This document shows positions 11,146-23,500 of a stretch of 64,000 bases of DNA, one piece after another. The position numbers were made by a program, and so were the translations under genes. The notes beneath the pieces were generated by a model. That model was given only the letters and a program-made list of their open reading frames with translations, was not told where the DNA came from and did not search any database. The stretch lies in NCBI GenBank assembly GCA_009103225.1, contig RHPI01003369.1:1037490-1101489 (forward strand), written 5' to 3'. Within the stretch, counting starts at the first letter, position 1. Each line of letters starts with the position of its first letter. This stretch comes from Chlorokybus atmophyticus. Its lineage: Eukaryota > Plantae > Mesostigma and Chlorokybus algae.

Positions 11146-12970
11146 ATGGTGGGGGTGGGAGTGGGGGCGCGGGGGGCGGGTGCGAGCGCAGGGGAGGCGG
11201 CGTTTGTGCGGGGCGGCATTGCCGCCAACCTCAGGGCGGACGGGCGTGGCAACCACGACTACAGGGAGTTCGCGCTTGAGCTAGGCCTCATCTCCCAGGC
11301 AAGCAATCGTAGCTTGCATGCAACAGAGCTGAGTAAGATGCAAGTATGATTAAGCATCCGAGGCAATGCACGCATGAATGCAGCTGTCCGTGTTTGCTAG
11401 CTACCTGCAGTGTTTGATGAAGTGCATGCAGCCCACCACTCTACCAACCATCAATGCTTTACAATCAAGCAAGCAACCTTGAAACAGACCAACAACATCA
11501 TAGACGAGCTACTTCAGTGATATCACTCATGTACATGTGCAGTTGCGTACCGACTTGTACACCTATGCTCACATTTCCTCTGAGCCAGGAGTTGAACATG
11601 TGACAGAAATACTCATGCAGCATGTTTCAGTTAGACCATAGCGGGCACTGACACAAATGTGTCAAGAGCAATCATGCAGTTGATGCGTTGCACCGTTAAG
11701 CCGTGAGTTTGGCACACGACTGTTGTTGGTGGTGCCTTGTGCTGAGACTTGAGTTACTCTAGTGATGAACAGGCTTCCGGGTCCGCTCGCCTTCGCCTGG
11801 GAGGCACCGACGTTATCACAGCGGTGAAGGTGAGAGACTTGTTGTCGGTGCTAACCTATACTCTCTGGAGGCTCCACGATGTTTTGCCCTTCAGCAACCG
11901 TCTTTCATTGTGAACAGGCAGAGCTTGGTACGCCTACAGAGGACAGCCTAGATGCCGGGCGATTGCAGTTTGCAGTGGAGTTGGCTCCGAGTGCCTCACC
12001 TGCATTTGAGGCATGTTGATGTACAACTTCTCAAACTATGTTCCTGTTTCAAGAGCTGTATTTAATGGTTGTCAGCCGCAACTGTTTGCAGGGGCGAGGA
12101 GGCGATGAGTTAGCCGCTGGGTTGGTTTCGGCATTGGAACGGGTCTACTTTGCGGGAAAGAACGGTGCAGGTGCTATATATTCTCTATGCTGTCTAGCTA
12201 TTAGCCCTACTGCTCACAGCTGTGATGCTATGCTCATAGCTCGCGGCATGCTGCTTGCAGGAGCTGCTGTGGACTTATCAACCCTGGGAGTTATTTCCGG
12301 TCGTAGTTGCTGGATACTGTACGTGGACGCCATCATCCTGCATGCAGATGGGAACCTTTTGGACGCGTTGTCCATATGCGCAAAAGTGGGTAACAGTTTC
12401 CTTGGTTGATGTGTGTGTGCTTGGTCATTTCAGGCATGACGATATATAGCTTTACTGACCTGGTGATGGCTCCTGCAGGCTGCACTATCTGATACGCGCA
12501 TACCAAAAGTGGAGGTCACGGCGGCGGAGGACGGGGGAGAGGGTGAGTTGGAAGTGAGCGACGACCCAAGCGAATGCACACGAATTAACTGTTCGCGTGT
12601 CCCACTTATCATCACGCTCACGCAGGCAAGTTTAATGACGGTTACACATGCTTGAACTGGTCAAGTGGTGTGTCAACAATGCCCTTGATCAGCGTGCCAG
12701 ATTGGTATGATACTTGATATGTTCTTGTGTGGGGCCTAGGTTGGCAAGTACACCATTGTAGATGCTACTGAAGACGAGATATCGAGTGCGCATGCAGCGA
12801 TGGCAATAGCAGTGGATGCGAGCGGAGAAGTGCGTGCAATGATTAAGCAAGGCGGGTCGGGGGTGTCGGCGGCTGCCATCCAAGACATGCTTGCTGTGGC
12901 CAAGACAATAGGAAAAGAACTTGTGCGTGCTGTAGACCAGTACTTGTCATCTCAAGCTCCCAGTGTGTAG
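11146..12970 (+). CDS. RRP42: Exosome complex subunit RRP42 (EXOSC7, RNase PH family)
   Basis: FVRGGIAANLRADGRG, ASGSARLRLGGTDVITAVKAELG, AFEGRGGDEL, CWILYVDAIILHADGNLLDA, DTRIPKV, VGKYTIVDAT. TAG at 12968-12970. Confidence 0.95.
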
Positions 12971-13299
12971 TTTATGAATGTGGATGGGTGAGTATAAACA
13001 TGCTTCATTGCGATTGAATGGCAGCCAGTGTACAGAAAATGCAAGTGATCATGGTACATGCAACATGCATGACACATGCATTGTTTACAATGCTCACCAC
13101 CATGCATCGATCTTTTACCACCTGGGTCACCTTCAACTCGCAGCACCTAGCTATTGTAACTACTGCCTCATACCCCCATTAGACATACATGCACGCGTGT
13201 GCATGTGTAAAACCAGGTTACATCATGGCAACGAGCAACATGACCTACAAGTTTGACATCAAGCTGGTGCTTGTGTGCCTGTTATTCCATTGTGAATCC

Positions 13300-13348
13300 A
13301 ACTGTGAGGGTATATCTCGTATACACGGTTACCAACACCCTCACAGTT
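13300..13348. repeat. Hairpin: 12-bp perfect stem, 25-nt loop
   Basis: AACTGTGAGGGT (13300-13311) / ACCCTCACAGTT (13337-13348). Confidence 0.8.
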
Positions 13349-14074
13349 AACCATTTACAAGACCAATCAGGCACCTCGCCCCCGTGGAATCCATCTTGGC
13401 GTTATGATGACGGCATGCGCAACATGTGCAACATCATAGTGCGCACATGCTGTGCAGCTGCATATTTTATATATGACAAAATCAGCAATGCCTGCGACTT
13501 GGGAGGAGGACGCAATGGTAACTTCCGTACTAACGTACATGAGTAAGTTTCCTGCCAGATGCCTACCAGGTAAATCAGATGCACCATCTGAGATGGCATA
13601 CTAACACACCTCCGTTTGGCTGCCGCCCTTGCCCACAACATGTTGGTGCTTGTCTCTTGCCTGCTTGGTGACCTGCGACAACGCTGCCCACCGGTCACGC
13701 GCCATAAACCGCCTGCTTGTCAGCACCCGCTACAGCGGGCGTCGACCGGCACGCTTTCCCCGCAGCAACCGGCAAAAGACTGGTGTCTTGCCGCCAAACA
13801 CCAACGCTGCTGCTGGCGCCAGCATTCGTATTCAAAAGTGGGGGAGCGCAAGTAGCAAAGCTTGAATTAGGGCTTGTGGTTCACGTTGTGGAGCGGACGC
13901 TTGTGGCTGTGTATGCTGGAGGCTGGATGTGCTGTGCTGGTGTGAGGGTTGGGCGGGTGCGACAGCGTCTTTGACTTGCTTATTGCGGTGAAGGGCTGCT
14001 GAGGCTGCTGTCTTGGGGCATTGTTCCCCGGTGCGATGTTGGAGTGAGGTTGTGTGGTTGGTGAGCATGACAGG

Positions 14075-17000
14075 ATGGCTGGCCAGGAGCATGACGGCGA
14101 CAGTGTCATGCTGGTAACGCCGGATTCTGCTGGTGGGGCTGCTCGACAGGTATCTCGGTCCGCAGGCATACTCTCTAGTAACTTTTTCAGCAATCTCACC
14201 AGAGCTAGCTTTGGACGGCGTCCTGCTCAAGGCAAGGCGCAGCTCAACTTGACCAGCATTAAAGCACGTGCGACAGCAGCACAGCAGCTGCGGCCGCAGG
14301 TACACGAACTGGTCAAAGTTGCCTCTTCAGATCTACAAAAACTGCATGTCAGCGAGGGCTGTCTTTGTAAATTGACTGGTTGTGTGCGTCAGGCTGGTAA
14401 AGATGAGTATGAATTTACTGAGGAAGATGACGCACCTTGCCAACCGCGGGTCGCTACAGCACCCAGGTCACATGCTGAACCTGCTGCAGGTGTGCTGGCG
14501 TTGTACTTGAGCGTTTGCCAAATAACCTGCAACCTTATGCTTGCTACTGGTGTCAATGTTTTGCTTAAAATTGGGTTGGTAGTTCAAGCATTGTACACGT
14601 GCACATGCTATACACACGTGTCAGCAGTGCGTTATAGTGCCTGAAGTCGTAGCGAAATGGTCTCACTGCATCCTGCTGTTGGTCATACAGACATCGCTGT
14701 AGGACGCTATAGCTTTGCACTTCATGCCTCTTACAGGAAGCAAAATGTTGCACATCATGCCTCTCTTTGGACAAGCATCAGCTGCAGCTTAACATCCATG
14801 ACTGCCTGCTTGTGCAGGTAGGCAGCATGGTGTCAATGCTACAGGCTTAATTGCTCCCCCGAGTACCAACACGCGATACAGACGATTACACAGTGAGCAT
14901 GAGCGCGATAATGGCGCCAAAGCACGCGACACTCACCTTGGACACTCTGTGCATATTGAGCGGGATGGTCAGCGCACGGCGTCAACTTCAGGCAGAGAAG
15001 AAGTGACCTCTGTGTATCACCGTGTCTCAGCTGTGCCCATCAATGGCGCAGTTAAAGAGGTTACCAGAGCTCTGGAAGGGCTGCGGACTCCAAAAGCACC
15101 CACAGACAGGATGCAGGTTGACAGGGCAGGGCAGCCCAATCGCAAGGTGCCAGTCATACCTTACACCAGGGCGCACAAGGCAGCAACGCCGTCTAGCCTT
15201 TCCTGCGTGGAGTTAACCTCAGAGGAAGAAGATGTAAATGAGGATGAGAAGCAGCATGTGCACACAACACCAGGTGCTTTCCCCTTCACAACCCATTTTT
15301 AGTTACCCAGCAAAACGTTGCGTGTTGGTTGGATAGCATCGTGCACACTGCCAGCATAGCATAACGTGCTCATGTGTGTGCAGCATCACGTCTAGAACTA
15401 CATCAATCTGAGCGGTCAGTGAAGGTATGAGCCTTGCTACTTCAAGTGTGTGCTGTGTCCTGTGGTGTACCCTGTTGTGTACCCTCTGGCGCGGTTAACA
15501 GCGAGAGATGTGCAGGCTGTGTCAGGTCGTAACTTTTATGGCAACAATGCCAGTCCAGCGCCAGTGAGCTCGAATCAGCATCAAACACCGGAACTCCAGG
15601 AATCCAACCGCATGGCAGCTCCTACTGTTGACATCCCGGAAAGGTTGGCCATGCTGCAATGAGGCACATCAGTCGTATCTATAGTTGGCTGCCAGCATCC
15701 TTGTGTACCGTTAGCTGAAACAGCTCGGTTGGCAGGCATCCCAAGAAAGCCAAAACCATGGAGTCACCTTTAACTGCTATGGACCTTAGCAACTGGCAGC
15801 CTGCCCTTCTCAAAAGTGATGTAGTGTTCCCCACGAATGAACCAGACGCTGTAACGGTTACCAATGCAGACATGGAGAGGCTGGCACCATCGGAGTTTCT
15901 CAACGACACCCTCATTGACTTCTACATCAAGTGAGTTTGCTATAGGATTGTGTTTAATCATGGCGCAACAGTTGAAGTGCTGTATCACCTGTGTAGCATT
16001 GAAGCTGTTGGCTCATGCGCATTAATTACCAGGTACCTCCAGACCAACCTTCCTGATAGTCAACGTGCGCGCATCCACTTCTTCAACAGCTTTTTCTACA
16101 AGAAACTCACTCAGGCTGACAAAGATGGACAGTCCGGTGGTACAGTGGGGTATGCCAGGGTGCGAAACTGGACACGAAGAATCGACATCTTCACCAAGGA
16201 CTACATCATTGTTCCAATCAATGAGAGGTATGCCATGGTGCATTTTGGGACATGGGCCACTGGCACGGCCTTCCTTGGCTTGGAATACATTGGCTTACGT
16301 TAAACATCTGATGTCAAGTGATACAAGTGGGTATGTGCTGGCAGTCTTCATTGGAGTGTTGCTGTCATCTGTCATCCGGGTGTCGCGAGTAAGTGGGGAA
16401 AGTACAAGCGGCTGCACGCATTCGCCTGTTGGGTGGGTAGGTGCTGATGGTTTTATCTGCGCAGGTCAAGCATCCAGTTCCTGCACACAGAGGCCTAGTC
16501 TACCATTCATTGTCCACCTTGATTCCATGAAGGGAGGCCATAACAAAGTCGATCAGTACCTTTGCGAGTATGACAGTGTACATTATCTTATCTGCTTGCA
16601 GGCAGATTGCCTCATGCTCCATTACCAGTCATGAGGTCTGCCTTTAATAGGTATTTGGCCGCTGCCTGGGAAGAACGTGCACAACAATCAAGGACCACCA
16701 ACCCATTCCCCCAAATACCAGTGTTGAGACCTAAGGTTTGTACTCAGTCTTGAAGTAAGTTCTGGCGTTGGTGCAGGCGCCAGGTCAGCAGCATAGACGC
16801 ATCTGTGCCTTGACAACTGAAGTCTTGTCGCGCAGGTGCCACAGCAAGACAACTACTCCGACTGTGGCCTGTTCTTGCTATACTATGTAGAGCGGTTCTG
16901 CAAAGACATCGTGGCGTCTGATGCGGCCACGGTTGACCAGTCCGCCGTCAACAGCTTGGTAACAACTTCACACTGTCACGCTTTTGCCCTCGCTCTGCCA

Positions 17001-17798
17001 ACTATGACAACTCTGGTTGATGAAACCTACTGCGCTGTGCAGTTGGAAGCGAATTGGTTTCTTCCGGAAGAGGCTTCTGCAATGCGGTGGGAGCTGCAGC
17101 ATGTCCTGCTGTGTTTAGATGCACAGCGCCACAACATGGAGCCACCTTCCTCACCTGTTATTCGAAAGGTGCTGCAGGAGTTCAAGCTGCAGGCAGCTCA
17201 AGAGAGAGAAGCAGCAGCTACTCGAGCCGAGGCTGCTGTTGACTTGGTCACGCCACCACCTACGGCAGCCGATGATCTCGCTTGCCAAGACGGCTTCCAA
17301 AACCTGTCTTTAAACGCCGAAGAAGAGGTCAAAACTCTTCCTTATGGTCCGTCTGTTTGCAAACAGTCGCCAGGCACACCACCTGGAGAGCAAGAGCAGC
17401 ACATGGAAGTGCTTCATCCCATCACAAACCTGACAAGGGAGCTGGGTGAAGCTGAAATTGAGGCGGAGGAACGTCCATCATCTCAGCTTCAGCAGATGCG
17501 AGACCGCTGCATAGCGGCCATTTGCCCTTCGATTCAATCTCAGGTTGAAAAGTTGCAACGGTTGTTGCCTGTCAAGGATGCGCAGCAGGGTGTTGTTTTG
17601 GAACAGCCGGGTTCAAGTGAGAGGCTTCCAGAGAAACAGGCCGCAGCCCGTTCGCATGCAGATGGTTCCAAAGTCATTGTGGTAAATTCCGATGATGAGG
17701 GTAGTGCCGTTCCCATTCAGCGCTCGTATCCATTGCGAAGCAAAGGCAAATTAGAAAGCATGAGGCAAAGACAAACTCAATCACAATTCGACTTGTAG
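14075..17798 (+). CDS. SUMO/sentrin-specific cysteine protease (peptidase C48, ULP2/SENP6-7-like); start codon uncertain
   Basis: LAPSEFLNDTLIDFYIK, HFFNSFFYKKL, VRNWTRRIDIFTKDYIIVPINE, catalytic His (HWSVAVICHP), Asp (HLDSMKG) and Cys (PQQDNYSDCGLFLLYYVERF). Confidence 0.92.
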
Positions 17799-17936
17799 AG
17801 TGCGCTAGTATGATTTTAATTGAGCTTTGCAGCTGCACATTGCAGTGGTAGATTTGCTCGCTTGATTTGATCCTTCCATTCTGAAACCCTCTACCTGTGC
17901 TGCCGTCCATTCCCCCTGGTGCAATGCGCCAGCAAG

Positions 17937-18131
17937 CCCCCCCCNNNNNNNNNNNNNNNNNNNNNNNNNNNNNNNNNNNNNNNNNNNNNNNNNNNNNNNN
18001 NNNNNNNNNNNNNNNNNNNNNNNNNNNNNNNNNNNNNNNNNNNNNNNNNNNNNNNNNNNNNNNNNNNNNNNNNNNNNNNNNNNNNNNNNNNNNNNNNNNN
18101 NNNNNNNNNNNNNNNNNNNNNNNNNNNCCCC
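17937..18131. other. Assembly gap flanked by poly-C
   Basis: N run with C homopolymers on both sides. Confidence 0.95.
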
Positions 18132-18369
18132 CGACATGCACCGCCGCAGAGGGAGTTTCCGTGCGTGCCATACATGCATGCATGTGTGTACTGACAAAAC
18201 CCTAAGCCGGCAGTAGGAGGCTGGCGGAGATGGCGGCGGGTGTGTGGGTGAAGCGGAAGGGGGAGTCCGTTGAGTCCTACGGCTGGTGTGCCCGCTGCTG
18301 CTGCAAGAAGGCCGCTGACCAAGGCGCATGTGCAGGTGATGACGCACGCATGCATGCATGCATGCATGT

Positions 18370-18425
18370 CTAACGGGTATGGGCAGTAGAGAAGGTAGGT
18401 AGCAGCTAGGTTAGCAGCCCGGTGG
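18370..18425 (+). repeat. Dispersed motif family 1 (CTRACRGG..TAGAG..GGTAGGTA..GCCCGGT)
   Basis: Related copies at 38847-38894 (+), 62691-62713 (+, partial) and 62846-62909 (-). Confidence 0.6.
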
Positions 18426-20545
18426 TTAATGAGAGTGCTTCATGGTGTGGTGAGTAGACTGCTCATGCATGTGTGTGTCACACTCTCATGCATGCCACAA
18501 TCCTTGCACTCTATTTATTATACACCCACACCACCACCCACACCCACAACCACACGCGCGCGTTTCCGCCGCGCGCAACGCCACACAGCACCCTATTTGG
18601 GTGTTGTACATGTTGCGAATGGGCATTTGCATGCAGTACTCAGCGCCATTATATCATGGCATGGACATGCGGTTGCAATGCACTGGCTGTGGCATCAATG
18701 AGCATCATGTTACTGTGAATGGTGCCATAATGAGCTATGTTTAAAACATGCATCGTACATCGCGATTGAAACCGTGCACTAGCGTCACAGGGAGGCTCAT
18801 GTGCAGGTTTCATCTCATATGTTTAGATGTGATCATCATAAGACTTGTGACTACAGAAGTTGAAGAATGCATTGGCTATAGTATGGCATCGTGCTCGTCA
18901 AGTCATGCACAATATCGCAATAATCAGGCAAACTACCTTGCATTGATAACCATCAAAGTAAAATGTCACTCAAAGAGGCGGCCCCTTGTGCCACAAAGGA
19001 AGGACCAAGCGAATGACATTACAGGCAAAGCCCAAGGTTTTGCACACCAAAAAAGTATTTTGCCTATAACATGGCACTTGCTCTTATCAAGAACATCCGC
19101 CATATCATATGGCATGATTTTTGAGTGACATATTCACATTGACCAAATATTTTGCTGCTGGTGGTATCATTAATATCAATTAAAGCCATTTAAGTGATCA
19201 TGTGACATAAACCAAACATGCTTATATAGTGTTACTTGTCACGCCTACCACACACTTACCTAGTCGGGAGTGTAGCACACTCAAACAAAGAACAACAACG
19301 ACTACCAAATGTTGTCAACAACCACCCCACAAAGGAATAGGGGAGGGCCCCTTGAACAACCAGGCTAAGCACCCCACACAATAGAGTAGAGTAAGGCCAC
19401 TTAGGCTCCATTGCCCAACACCATGTTGGTAACGCCCCAATGTACTCCCCCTTGCTGCCCTCCGACCTAGCACAACCAACTGCAAAGCTACATGCCTTCC
19501 ACAGATGTGTTGATTAACCCGTAGATAAGGCAATCATAACTGTTATTTCAGATCTGCTGCGCAGTAGCACCGGGTGATCATGTCACATTAATATTGTCAG
19601 GCAGCAACTATGCAAGCTCGTTTATGCCTTGTGCACTTTATCATGCTTAACGCCGCATAGGCTCAAGGGCATACCTCACAACCTGACTTGCTATTATAAA
19701 TAAGCACTTAAGAATGAGATGCCATGCCCTGCATGCGTGTCATTACTTCGTCTCGTATAACACATATAGCAATGTAATGCGCTCGATTACGTTGATTGCA
19801 ATCAAATACAATTAAACGTCATAACTTATGATGAGCATTGTTTATCAGTTTATAATGTGTTATTTTAAGCTCAATTACAATGTTCACATGAAACTCAGTT
19901 GTAGATAACGCATAAATACCCAAGGCCTGCACGTGTAACTTGGTTATTAAGTGCGGCATGTCGGCCGCTTTATGTATGATGCTGTTCTTCAAGTATTGCC
20001 ACCTCTTTCACAACATTATTTTACTTACCCATAGAAAAGCCACACTTTGCCTCAACTTCACAAACGCATGATTAGACAGAGCCGCAGTATGCCCTTGTTG
20101 TGATAGACTCCATCGCAGGTGTCATGGTCAAACTGGCGGCTCAGCAATTTATACAGAAGACCCTACATCAAATGTTCCAGGAGCCAATGCAAAGCTTGGC
20201 AGAAAAAACTCTTCTGCCTAAAATGTAGGATCTCGATGTTCCACCGCTTTCAGACTCGCAATTGCCGGCCAAATCGACCTTTCAAACTGGAGGTCCAGAG
20301 TCTCACATCGACGGTGTGCAGCTGCCACGTGGAAGCCAGCGTTCAGAAACATTCACTGTGCCCGCCACTGGCGACGGCGGCGGCAATGGCGACCGCACTG
20401 GGCACGGCAATGTGGTGAACAACTCGGCCTGGTGCATGCTGCGTTCAGCGTGTGCATGCTAGTTGGCTGAAGCATGGCTAGGGTGGTGCCATCGGTAGTG
20501 CTTGTCGTTAAGTAGCGGTAAGGGGTGTAAGTGACCGTCCAAGCC

Positions 20546-23500
20546 ATGACGTCCAGCAGCGTGAAAGAGTTTTGGGTAGCCGTGGCCATCAATGCGGGCT
20601 TCTTTGTCGCCATTATCACGGCCTTCCTGCTGCTGCGCCGCATCCCCGCCACCGCGCCCATCTACAACCGGCGCGTTCCGCACGACGCCGCCGCCTGCGA
20701 CCGCACCTGGTTCGGATGGCTCAGGTGGGGGTCAGGGCATGCTAATGCTTGATCAGTCGATTAGGGTTCTCGCAGCATCCACGCAGCAAATGCCTCTCTT
20801 CGTTGCATGAGCCTGTGTGAGTACGCAGCCGTGCTCATGGCGTGCACTGCATTTCTCAGTTGTACGGCTTTTCGGTTAGTCTTTGTCCTGCAGGCCACAC
20901 ATGCAAGCTGGGAAGTTAGGCCTGCAGGACAAGCTGGCAAGTGAGGCCTTTGGATGAATTGGCCAATGCAGCAACAGCACTAGCAAACATTGCCATGCTT
21001 GCACCTCTCATCAAAGCATCTACTTTGTCAAGCGAAAGACCCGTCACGTGCCATGTGGCATGGTCTGCTAACAGCTTTGTGGCAGTGTGCCTGTGCGAGG
21101 GCTACTGCACTGTAGTTACATAGTTGCTCATGGTGCAATTGCAGCTCTCCCTCCCTGTGCCATATAATGCTACACTGCTGGCATAATCTCAAGTTTTGCT
21201 GCTCGGAGCTCGTGCATGCTTATGCCAACAACTATTTTGTTGTGCGGTCAACAGCTGCGCACTTCGAGCAAGCGAGGGAGAGCTCATGCAGAACGAGGGG
21301 CTGGACGCACTGATGTTTCTGCGATTCTTCCGGATGGCGTTCGTGCTGTTGCTGGGGTACTCACTTTTCTGCCTGCCGGTGATCCTGCCCATCAACATAA
21401 GCGGCAACTACTTGAGCACGAGCAAAGCCGCCAACACCTCCGGCATGGATAAGCTCACCTTCAGCAACATTCCCCCAAAGTCCAGCTTCCTTTGGGCGCA
21501 CACCGTTGCTGGCTGGCTTGTTAGCATCTGGACTTGGCTTGTTCTGTACAAGGTCAGCCCCTTTGCGATTGCGCTAATAGCAGCTCTGTCTGTTTTTGCC
21601 ATTGGTGCCATTGGTGTCTAGCTGCATGCAGTTGTCGTTTTGGACAGCTATGCAAGCCCACATGGTGATGAACGCTTGTCTCTTCTTGTATGCAGTACTA
21701 CACTGACTACGCTGATCTGCGCGAGCGTGTAAAGACCACAGACTTGACAACAGATCAAGTATGCATCTGGCAGGATGTTGGATTTCCTGTTTTTGTGCTT
21801 TGTTGCTCATGCTGTGCGCGCCCACTGCGCATTTTGGTAGGAACACACAGTTGTCGTCACAGACATGCCAGGCCAGCTCCCTGGCACACGCGGGAACCCT
21901 GAACGCGTTCCTCAAGATTCTGCACCCCAGTTCTTTGGCAAAGTGTACCCCACCGAGTTCTTCACCGCACGCACCATCGTTGACATGAGAGAGGTGCAAC
22001 CAGCTGTGGTTATATGCTGTGGATGCCAAAGTTCAGCAGTTAACAGGGCCTCATCTGGATTCTCCATTGCATGTGTGAAGGTTGAAGCAGTGTACGCAAA
22101 GCGAGCGCATTATATCAAAGCTTTGGACCGCGTGCAGCAGGAGTTGGAGGAGTTGGCAGCCAAGGTGTGTGGGTTTGCTTCCACGTCTGGTGTGTTTGGG
22201 TATGCGGAAGCAATTTTATCAGTGCGTGGCTAAACTTTGCTTCAACAGAGCAAAGATCCAGCTACGTTGCAGTGCGTTGATGCGCATGACACTCAGCAAT
22301 TGCAACGAACGGCATACACAGCTCCCGCAGATGCTCTTGACCTGGAGCTTGGACAGCCAGCAAAGCCTGAGCCCGAGGAGGAGAAGTCAGGCAGGAGTGA
22401 TGTGCCTGAAGACTCAGATGGCGCAGTTGAAATAGACAAGCAGGAAAAGGCGGCTGCTGTTGACAGGCCAGTGTGTCGGGCCGGGTTTCAGGGCTTGTGG
22501 GGACCCCAAGTGGATGCAATGCAGTTCTATGAGCAGCAGATCCAGGCGCTGACAAAGGAGCTGGAGGCGGAGCAGACGCGCGCTATCCTCGTGCACCGGA
22601 CTCCGAGCGCGGTGGTCACTTTTAAGTCCCGAACCGCGGCTGCGTTTGCTTCACAGGTGACATCTAAAGCTCCATCCGCACAGCGCTTTGCAATGGCAAG
22701 CGTCACAAGTGATACGTGTACTAGTGTGTCGCAGACGTTGCACTGCAATGATGGCCTGTTCTGGAGAGTTGCGCAAGCGCCTGAACCCAGGGACATTTAC
22801 TTCAGGCGATTTAGGAAAAGATACCCAGAGCTCCAGGTAGGCGGCAGACTGGCATAGGTTGTGTCTGTTGCCTGTCAACCATGCCATGCCACAGTTGTTC
22901 CACAACAGGCTGCACATGGACATTCTGTAGTAACACAGCATACGACAGGTGCGGCAAGTTGTCACAACTGGTGTAGTGACAGTGTTTGTCCTTTTCTTTT
23001 TTACCATCATTGTTGTCATAGCAGGTGAGCCCTGCGTAGTTGTCAGCTGACAAGTTACACACCATGTGTGATGATGCCCAGTTGTTTGCGCCTCAATTTG
23101 ATTTGGCCCCAAGCCAACAATGAGGACACTAGCATTGTCTTTTCAAAACAGGTTTGACCAATCCGGATGAGCTTTCTCGGCGTGGAAAGTTTTGGCAGAA
23201 TCTGTTGGACGCTCCATTCATTGGGAGCGTGCTGCGAACTCTGCTTGCATCCTGGGTCCTGATTGTCCTGCTGTTACTCGTCCCACGCCTGGCGTTGCTT
23301 CTTGCTAGATGGCAATGCCCTGATTCCCAGGCAAGCAAGCAATCAGCGCTGGTGCACATGGTTGGCTGTACTTAGTACAGCTGCTATCGTCAGGCAATGT
23401 CAGATATGCCATGTAGACATGCTCATTCCGTGTACTTGCAGAGTGAGATGCAGTGGGTGGCGTTCAAGATGTTCTATGCGGTGCTCTTCTGGGACGTCTT

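Noticed and set aside
13400-13700. Possible small minus-strand multi-exon gene
   Set aside because: Candidate exons are too short and do not assemble into a recognisable frame.
18196-18205. Telo-box AAACCCTAA here and at 33355-33363 and 53198-53206
   Set aside because: Three 9-mer hits in 64 kb is only modestly above chance, and the neighbouring genes are not the usual translation-machinery targets.
19250-19530. Segment with GTGTGGTAGG resembling motif family 1 on the minus strand
   Set aside because: The similarity is limited to about 10 bp; the other motif elements are missing.
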